Assembly (NCBI GenBank): GCA_016934595.1
Contig: JAFGSM010000080.1
Location: 1,000-64,999 of the forward strand
Length of the DNA stretch: 64,000 nt
Source: a bacterium
GTDB lineage: Bacteria > SZUA-182 > DTGQ01 > JAFGSM01
Direction: 5' to 3'
The translations under genes and the position numbers were made by a program. Of this stretch, positions 57,629 to 64,000 are shown piece after piece. Each line of letters starts with the position of its first letter. Position 1 is the stretch's first letter. Under the pieces are notes generated by a model, which saw nothing but the letters and a program-made list of their open reading frames with translations, made no database searches and was not told the origin of the DNA.

Positions 57629-57773
57629 AGCCTCAATCCTCTCGATTATTGTTTATATCAATTATGGATTAGATTGATATCATCATAAGATTTATCGGTC
57701 AAAAGCCTAATATTCAGCGGCAAATTGCCTGACACAAATTACCTTGCTTGGCTATCCGATTGAGACGCTAAAA

Positions 57774-58745
57774 TCATATTGAATAGTCTAATCCAACATT
57801 GTGTCTGGCCTTGGAAAGATACTCCCCCGCGATATTTCTGGCCTTCTCGGAACCCTCCATCAGGATTTCCTTGACAACATCTATCTCTTTGATTAAATTT
57901 TCCCTTTTTTTGCGAAATGGGGCAAAATATTCCCAAATGACCCCTATAAGCTCTTTTTTTATATCGCTATATTTTAAGCCCGGCGTAAGATAACGGTCCC
58001 TGAGCTTTGATCGCTGTTCGTTGTCAATAAACAGTGAATAAAGGGCGAAGAGAATGCATTTGTCCGGGTCTTTAGGCGCCATTACAGGGGTAGAATCTGT
58101 CTTTATGGATAATATCTTCTCTTTTAATTCAGTTTCGCTACAAAAAATCTGTATTGTATTATCGTAAGACTTTGACATCTTTTGTCCATCTATCCCAGGT
58201 ATGACAGCCACATCCTCTGGTATCTCTGCCTCAGGTATGACAAATGTATCACCATAAGTATTGTTGAAACGAATAGCGATATCCCTTGTCATCTCAACAT
58301 GCTGTTTTTGGTCTTTACCTACAGGTATCTTTTCAGAGCCGTATAAAAGAATATCAGCAGCCATAAGAACAGGATATGAAAATAGGCCATGATTAGGCAC
58401 CATCCCTCGGGCCAGTTTATCCTTGTAAGAATGCGCCCTCTCCAGGAGACCGACATTAACCACATTAGAAAGAATCCATGTCAATTCTGTAACCTCAGGA
58501 ACGTCTGACTGGACCCAGAAGACAGATTTTTCAGGGTCTATGCCAAGGCTGAGAAAATCACACGCAGCATTAATTGTGTTTCCTCGAAGCCGTTTTGCAT
58601 CAAATACAGAGGTGAGGGCATGATAGTTAACTATAAAACAAAATAGCTCATGATTTTTTTGATACTCTATCATCCTTTTCATCATAGCAAAATAATTACC
58701 AATATGCAGAGACCCTGAGGGCTGGATGCCTGAAAGAATGCGCAT
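57774..58745 (-). CDS. trpS: Tryptophanyl-tRNA synthetase
   Basis: Class I HIGH (SGSLHIGNYF) and KMSKS motifs are present. The length of about 320 aa is typical for bacterial TrpRS. Confidence 0.9.
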   Translation of the reverse strand: MRILSGIQPSGSLHIGNYFAMMKRMIEYQKNHELFCFIVNYHALTSVFDAKRLRGNTINAACDFLSLGIDPEKSVFWVQSDVPEVTELTWILSNVVNVGLLERAHSYKDKLARGMVPNHGLFSYPVLMAADILLYGSEKIPVGKDQKQHVEMTRDIAIRFNNTYGDTFVIPEAEIPEDVAVIPGIDGQKMSKSYDNTIQIFCSETELKEKILSIKTDSTPVMAPKDPDKCILFALYSLFIDNEQRSKLRDRYLTPGLKYSDIKKELIGVIWEYFAPFRKKRENLIKEIDVVKEILMEGSEKARNIAGEYLSKARHNVGLDYSI

Positions 58746-58877
58746 TTTTTCTCCTCTCCTTGTCTTTTGTTAATTTATAAATATACCTTGAAAGGTCATA
58801 ACCCGAATATTCATAGATTATAAGTGAGATATTCAAATGAATCAATTAAATATGGAAAAAACTTTGATGATAGGATA

Positions 58878-59035
58878 AAATGAAACACCCATGAATCTAC
58901 GATTCACAAAAAAGGATGAAAATACCCAAAGGGGATTTTCAGGTGAAAAAATAAAATGAAACACACATAAATCTCTCGCCTCACAAAGAAGTGTGCGAAT
59001 ACCCAAACAGGGATTTTCATGTGAAAAAATAAAAA
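58878..59035 (+). repeat. Two tandem units of the dispersed structured repeat family (intergenic, upstream of an epimerase gene)
   Basis: Unit 1 is AAATGAAACACCCATGAATCTACGATTCACAAAAAAGGATGAAAATACCCAAAGGGGATTTTCAGGTGAAAAAATA. Unit 2 is AAATGAAACACACATAAATCTCTCGCCTCACAAAGAAGTGTGCGAATACCCAAACAGGGATTTTCATGTGAAAAAATA. Unit 1 is itself a mini-ORF: MNLRFTKKDENTQRGFSGEKIK*. Confidence 0.7.
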
Positions 59036-59132
59036 ATGCCTACTTTCACAAGCTATTAAGCATTTATGATAAATCCTTTTTCCGGGACATTAGGCATTTA
59101 TGACAAATCTTATAAAGACATAAGGCAAAGGG

Positions 59133-60053
59133 ATGCGAAAACGAAAAATACTAATAACAGGAGCAAGTGGATTTCTGGGTAATCACCTGACAAAATTATA
59201 CTTAGGGGAAGCTGAAAAATTTGAGGTTTTTGCGACCTTCTATAACAATCATCCTCACGGTTTGCAAGGTATAAAGCTTATTGGCATTAATCTTGGCGAT
59301 TCCAATACAACTAAGGACCTAATCCAGAAAATACAACCCGATATCTGTTTTCATTTGGCAGCGCTGTCAAGCCCTGATAAATGCCATACAAACCAGGAAC
59401 TCGCAAAAAGTATTAATATCCTCGGGACAAAAAATCTTGTAGACTCTTTGCCTGTGTCCTGCAAATTAATTTTCACCTCCACGGATTTGGTATTTGATGG
59501 AGAAAAGGGCTGGTACTCTGAATCCGACTCCCCTAATCCAACCAATTATTATTCTCAAACAAAATTAGAGGCTGAAAAAATAACAAATAATTTTAAAGGC
59601 ATTTATTGCATCGTCAGGCTCTCTTTGATGTTTGGATGGGGAGATGATAATCATCAAAGCTTCTCTGACTGGATAATAAATTCGATCAGGGGTGAAAAAA
59701 CCATCGGTCTATATACTGATCAATTCAGGACCATGATTTATGTAAAACATGCTGCACTTATTTTAAAATGGATTAGCGAATCCAGCATCAAAGGGACAGT
59801 TCACCTGGGGGGCTTCGACAGGATATCAAGATACAATTTTGGCATTCAACTTTGCGAGGCATTTGGCTTATCTAACAGGCTATTGAGGCCAGTTAAAATG
59901 GGCATTTGTAATGGAAAAGCCGTCAGAGGGAGGGATTGCTCCCTTTCAACCACAAGGTTGATCCATGAATTAGGGATTAAACCTTATACCATAAAGATGG
60001 GCTTGGAAGATATGAAAAGAGATGACAGTTTTTCATCACAACAGGCATTTTGA
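59133..60053 (+). CDS. NAD(P)-dependent sugar epimerase/reductase (SDR family, RmlD/GDP-sugar-reductase-like)
   Basis: Rossmann motif ILITGASGFLGNHL and catalytic YSQTK (YxxxK). Confidence 0.7.
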   Translation: MRKRKILITGASGFLGNHLTKLYLGEAEKFEVFATFYNNHPHGLQGIKLIGINLGDSNTTKDLIQKIQPDICFHLAALSSPDKCHTNQELAKSINILGTKNLVDSLPVSCKLIFTSTDLVFDGEKGWYSESDSPNPTNYYSQTKLEAEKITNNFKGIYCIVRLSLMFGWGDDNHQSFSDWIINSIRGEKTIGLYTDQFRTMIYVKHAALILKWISESSIKGTVHLGGFDRISRYNFGIQLCEAFGLSNRLLRPVKMGICNGKAVRGRDCSLSTTRLIHELGIKPYTIKMGLEDMKRDDSFSSQQAF

Positions 60054-60098
60054 CATTTTTTATTAAAGCTCGACATTCAGATTGACATGATCTTTGAC

Positions 60099-60131
60099 AT
60101 AATCTTGGTATAATCTTGGTATAATCTTGAT
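60099..60131 (+). promoter_or_regulatory. Three tandem 11-bp repeats (ATAATCTTGGT x2, ATAATCTTGAT) carrying TATAAT-like hexamers, preceded by two TTGACA hexamers, about 100 bp upstream of ispH
   Basis: Read directly: TTGACATGATCTTTGACATAATCTTGGTATAATCTTGGTATAATCTTGATG. Spacings to the -35-like hexamers are non-canonical (9, 20 or 21 nt), so the promoter assignment is tentative. Confidence 0.3.
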
Positions 60132-60235
60132 GATTTATGGATATTGTGTTAAAATATTTAGCAATATTTAAGGCAATAGCCTGCCTTGAGATTATATCTT
60201 ATCTAAAAAATAGACCGTAAATCATAAGGGTTTTT

Positions 60236-61078
60236 ATGGAAATCGAAATAGCAAGCAAATCGGGTTTTTGTTTTGGCGTACAAAGGGCTGTTGATATAGC
60301 CTTTAAGCTGGGATGCAAGTACTCTAAAGGGGTATATACTCTGGGGCCTATAATACATAATCCCAAGGTTGTTGAACAACTTGAAAAAGCCTCTGTCCAC
60401 ATGCTTAACGATATAGACAACATAAAATCAGGGATACTTATTGTTAGATCTCATGGATTGCCGCCAAACATCATAGACGAGGCAAAAAAAAAGGGCCTTA
60501 AGGTTGTAGATGCTACGTGTCCTTTTGTTAAAAAGGTTCAAACCTATGCAATATCGCTCAAGGAAAAAGGTTATCCTGTATTGCTTATCGGTGATAAAAA
60601 TCATCCGGAGGTCATAGCCATAAGAGGATATGTTAATGATGAGATCATAATCTGTGAATCCGTCAATGACCTTAACAAATTGGATATTCCTCCCAAACTG
60701 GGTGTTGTTGCGCAGACCACTCAAGACTATGAAAAATTCAAAACGATAGTCACTAATTTGCTTGATTGTGTGAGGGAACTAAAGGTTTACAACACTATTT
60801 GTGATTCTACAGTTGTTAGGCAGCAGTCCGCTCTCAAACTTGCCAAAAAGGTAGACTTGATGTTCGTGATAGGAGGGAAAAACAGCGCCAATACGAACCG
60901 GCTATCAAATATATGCAGCATTGTAAATCCAAAAACTCATTTAATAGAATCTTCGGAAGAGATCGATGAAAAATGGCTTGATAGCATTTCTAAGATAGGA
61001 ATTACCGCAGGGGCATCAACACCAAAATGGATTATAGATGATGTTGTTGAAAGGCTTAAAAATATTTCTATAAATTAG
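60236..61078 (+). CDS. ispH: 4-hydroxy-3-methylbut-2-enyl diphosphate reductase
   Basis: MEIEIASKSGFCFGVQRAV (first Fe-S Cys), and later conserved Cys at ...DATCPFV... and ...YNTICDST..., the canonical three-Cys pattern of IspH/LytB. Confidence 0.9.
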   Translation: MEIEIASKSGFCFGVQRAVDIAFKLGCKYSKGVYTLGPIIHNPKVVEQLEKASVHMLNDIDNIKSGILIVRSHGLPPNIIDEAKKKGLKVVDATCPFVKKVQTYAISLKEKGYPVLLIGDKNHPEVIAIRGYVNDEIIICESVNDLNKLDIPPKLGVVAQTTQDYEKFKTIVTNLLDCVRELKVYNTICDSTVVRQQSALKLAKKVDLMFVIGGKNSANTNRLSNICSIVNPKTHLIESSEEIDEKWLDSISKIGITAGASTPKWIIDDVVERLKNISIN

Positions 61079-61155
61079 CGATATATTTTTATTAAAGCAT
61101 AAAAGGCTGTAATAAATATGGCCTATATTATTTATATCAGGGGGTATAAAATCAG

Positions 61156-63108
61156 ATGAGTTCGGACAAAAAAACAAGAAAGGAAGAAACCCTTAAAGAG
61201 GCGGTCAGCGACAAGGCAAATGACAAAATGCCTGACATAAGGGATTCAGAAACAGTTAGTGTTCAGTTAAAGGAAGAAAGGGAATCGCAAAACGATATGT
61301 CATATGATTATGAAGCTGAGACGGAATTTGATTATGATGAAATGTGTTCATTGTATGAAGAAACCCTTGTAAATATAGAAGAGGGCGAGGTTGTAAAGGG
61401 TAAAGTTATAAAAATCTTGGAAAACGATGTCCTTGTTGACGTTGGCTATAAATCAGAAGGCACTATACCTATTGAAGAATTTCAAAAACAAGGAAAAGAG
61501 ATGGCCCTGAAAGAGGGAGATGTCATCGATGTTTTTTTGGAAAACATCGAAGACTCAGACGGACTTGTTGTACTATCAAAAGAAAAGGCTGATAAGATAA
61601 AGATATGGGATGATCTAAACAAGGCATACGAAAATGAAACCGTGATAAAGGGGAAGGTTGTAAAAAGGATCAAAGGCGGCTTAACTGTTGACATAGGCAT
61701 ACCCGCTTTTCTTCCCGGCTCTCAGATTGATACAAAGCCTATCCGGAATCTTGATCTTATGATAAACGAAGACATAAAGGTCAAAATTATAAAGCTCAAC
61801 CGCAAGAGAGGAAATATTGTTGTCTCCAGACGTTCGATCCTTGAGGAAGAAAGAGAAAGCAAGCGGATTGAGACGATAAAAAACATCGCTGAGGGAAACC
61901 TTGTCAAGGGCATTGTAAAGAATATCACAGAATATGGGGTTTTTATCGATCTTGGAGGAATAGATGGATTGCTTCATATCACTGATATGTCCTGGGGCAG
62001 GATACGTCACCCGTCGGAACTATTTATGATCGGTGATGAGGTAGAGGTCAAGGTATTGAAGTTCGATCCAGAAACAGAAAAGGTTTCATTAGGCCTAAAG
62101 CAAAAAACTGTTGACCCGTGGGAAAAGGCTGATGAAAGATACGTCATCGGAAACAGAATCAGGGCAAAGGTTGTCAGCCTTACTGATTATGGCGCTTTTG
62201 TTGAACTCGAAGAGGGCGTTGAGGGTCTGATACATGTGTCTGAGATGTCCTGGACAAAAAAGATCAGGCACCCATCGCGCGTTGTTGCCATCGGTGACGT
62301 AGTTGAGGTTATAGTGCTGGATGTTGACAAGGAAAGGAAAAGGATCTCGCTTGGCATGAAACAGACCGAACCTAATCCATGGCTTATTATCGAAAATAAG
62401 TATAAGATAGGTTCGAAAATAACAGGCAGGGTTAGAAATTTAACAGATTTTGGCGCTTTCGTTGAATTAGAAGAAGGGGTCGATGGATTAATACACATAT
62501 CTGACATGTCATGGACTCAAAGGGTCAAACACCCTTCTGATGTTATAAAGAAAGGAGAACGGATCGAAGCGGTTATATTAAACATTGACAGCAAAAATGA
62601 AAGGTTGTCGATGGGTATAAAGCAGCTTACACCTGACCCATGGTTGAGTGTTCCGGAGAAATATCCGATAGGTTCAAATTGCAAATGCAAGGTGGTCAAA
62701 CTAATCGAAAATGGCGCTATCGTTGAGCTTGAGGAGGGGATTGATGGTTATATACATATTTCTGAAATCTCAGAGGAGGATATTAACTCACCAAAAGACG
62801 TCTTAAAGGAAGGTGATTTCATAAGGGCTAAAATCATAAGACTCGATCCTGAAAACAGAAAGATAGGTCTTAGCATAAGGGCTCATAACAAAGAGCAATC
62901 TGATCTGGAACTTTCAAACTACAACAAGAAGGGAGAAATGCTTAACACATTAGACTCTGCCCCCTTAAAAGAAATCATAGAGGCCCATGCAAAGGCCAAG
63001 CAGCCGATAATATCTGTAGACGAAGATTTAACTGTGGGTGAAGAAAGTCACGAAACTGAATCATCAGGCTCTGATGATATTTCAGACTCTGATGATGTTA
63101 AGGATTAA
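61156..63108 (+). CDS. rpsA: 30S ribosomal protein S1 (multiple S1 domains) with acidic N- and C-terminal extensions
   Basis: At least five repeated S1 OB-fold domains (GxV...G.FV.L..GV.GL.H.SE.SW). The ispH-rpsA adjacency is a common conserved arrangement. Confidence 0.85.
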   Translation: MSSDKKTRKEETLKEAVSDKANDKMPDIRDSETVSVQLKEERESQNDMSYDYEAETEFDYDEMCSLYEETLVNIEEGEVVKGKVIKILENDVLVDVGYKSEGTIPIEEFQKQGKEMALKEGDVIDVFLENIEDSDGLVVLSKEKADKIKIWDDLNKAYENETVIKGKVVKRIKGGLTVDIGIPAFLPGSQIDTKPIRNLDLMINEDIKVKIIKLNRKRGNIVVSRRSILEEERESKRIETIKNIAEGNLVKGIVKNITEYGVFIDLGGIDGLLHITDMSWGRIRHPSELFMIGDEVEVKVLKFDPETEKVSLGLKQKTVDPWEKADERYVIGNRIRAKVVSLTDYGAFVELEEGVEGLIHVSEMSWTKKIRHPSRVVAIGDVVEVIVLDVDKERKRISLGMKQTEPNPWLIIENKYKIGSKITGRVRNLTDFGAFVELEEGVDGLIHISDMSWTQRVKHPSDVIKKGERIEAVILNIDSKNERLSMGIKQLTPDPWLSVPEKYPIGSNCKCKVVKLIENGAIVELEEGIDGYIHISEISEEDINSPKDVLKEGDFIRAKIIRLDPENRKIGLSIRAHNKEQSDLELSNYNKKGEMLNTLDSAPLKEIIEAHAKAKQPIISVDEDLTVGEESHETESSGSDDISDSDDVKD

Positions 63109-63116
63109 ACATTTAA

Positions 63117-63234
63117 CTCTACTTTCGCACTTTTTTGTGTAACCCTATGAAAATATTGATAAAATATGTTGTTTTGTTTAATAAGATATCTTATTGAAAA
63201 ATATGGCTTTTTATAAAAAAGTGCAAAAGTAGAG
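63117..63234. mobile_element. MITE-like element: ~19-20-bp TIRs (CTCTACTTTCGCACTTTTTT / AAAAAAGTGCAAAAGTAGAG, one mismatch) flanked by a 6-bp direct repeat ATTTAA
   Basis: Read directly: ATTTAA occurs at 63111-63116 and 63235-63240. The interior is AT-rich and non-coding. It lies between rpsA and sppA. Confidence 0.55.
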
Positions 63235-63245
63235 ATTTAATATTA

Positions 63246-64000
63246 ATGAATATTTATCGAATTATTAAAGGGATAATTTATTTTACTATAACCATACTGC
63301 TTGTATATTTGATAACGCTTGTCTTTTCTTTGTATTTTGGCAACAGAATAATAACCGGCAAAGAAGGCAAAATTGGTTTGATAAATGTCGAAGGTGTTAT
63401 AATCTCATCAAAATCTTTTATAAAACAACTTGAAAGATTTTCTGATGATGACTCGGTAAAGGCCATTGTAATAAGGATAGACAGCGGTGGAGGCGGCGTG
63501 GCGCCATCACAGGAAATGTATGAGGCGGTTATCAATTTCAAGAAAGAAACAAAGAAAAAGGTGGTAGTTTCTTTTGGTAATATAGCCGCCTCGGGGGGCT
63601 ATTATGTCGCATGCGCCGCAGACAAGATCGTATCAAATCCTGGGACTATAACGGGAAGCATTTCTGTAATAATGAGAATCCCTAATCTTCAATCCCTGTT
63701 CAAAAAGTTAGGATATGAAGAACAGATTGTGAAAAGTGGAAAATTCAAAGATATTGGATCTATTTCAAGAGCCATGACAAAAGAAGAAAGGGCAATATTA
63801 GAAGATATGATGCTTGACGTGCACGAACAATTTATAGAGGCTATTTCACGGTCACGAAATATAGATTTAGAATATATTAGAGAGATTGCTGACGGAAGAA
63901 TATTTTCCGGCAGGCAGGCAAAGGAACTCAACCTGGTTGACAATCTTGGAACAATGGAAGATGCTATTGATCTTGCCGGAAAATTGGCAGGCATCTCAGG
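63246..64000 (+). CDS. sppA: Signal peptide peptidase SppA (36K type), partial (runs off window end)
   Basis: My translation from the ATG at 63246 is MNIYRIIKGIIYFTITILLVYL...KAIVIRIDSGGGGVAPSQEMYEAVINF...GNIAASGGYYVACAADKIVSNPGTITGSI..., matching the ClpP/crotonase-fold S49 peptidase with catalytic Ser in AASGGYY. Confidence 0.8.
   Translation, partial: MNIYRIIKGIIYFTITILLVYLITLVFSLYFGNRIITGKEGKIGLINVEGVIISSKSFIKQLERFSDDDSVKAIVIRIDSGGGGVAPSQEMYEAVINFKKETKKKVVVSFGNIAASGGYYVACAADKIVSNPGTITGSISVIMRIPNLQSLFKKLGYEEQIVKSGKFKDIGSISRAMTKEERAILEDMMLDVHEQFIEAISRSRNIDLEYIREIADGRIFSGRQAKELNLVDNLGTMEDAIDLAGKLAGIS

Noticed and set aside
57655-57680. 8-bp inverted repeat ATATCAAT-10nt-ATTGATAT between the channel gene and trpS
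   Set aside because: It is a short AT-rich palindrome of the kind expected by chance in AT-rich spacers. It is possibly an operator, but there is no supporting evidence.

Overview
This 64-kb window looks like chromosomal DNA from an anaerobic Gram-negative bacterium, probably Desulfobacterota/Deltaproteobacteria-like, with about 45% GC. The lineage call is an inference from gene content: a type IV pilus/T2SS-like cluster, a multiheme cytochrome c, a heme-c-containing HD-GYP sensor, and a YeeE/TusA/DUF3343 sulfur/selenium module.

Most of the window is housekeeping. It carries trpB2-trpB-trpA, proS, trpS, mutS, ispH-rpsA, sppA, lapAB, bamD, an ABC-F ATPase, an Opp-like ABC transporter, and a large pilMNOPQ-pilBC plus pilin cluster. 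I found one tRNA-Arg(CCG), and no rRNA or CRISPR array.

The most unusual signal is not a gene. It is a dispersed family of roughly 60-70 bp structured repeats with a conserved 'CAC.AA...GAATGAAAAT-loop-ATTTTCAGG' hairpin. Copies are always a multiple of 3 bp long and open in one reading frame. They occur at at least seven loci, some as tandem arrays, and two copies sit in-frame inside protein-coding genes (the ABC-F ATPase and a ydbH/AsmA-like gene). This behaviour resembles the Rickettsia palindromic elements.

Separately there are three miniature MITE-like elements of 80-122 bp. Each has perfect or near-perfect 15-20 bp terminal inverted repeats and a 6-8 bp target-site duplication, and no transposase is present in the window. 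One of them lies directly 3' of the tRNA-Arg.

Other points worth a second look:
- a ydbH-like gene split by a 1-nt frameshift in a T9 homopolymer;
- a secreted Tyr/Asn/Gly-rich protein next to the cytochrome;
- a 47-aa Cys-rich lipoprotein-like ORF translationally coupled to trpA;
- an unusual HEPN-like/rhomboid/FAD-oxidoreductase/sigma-54 activator operon.
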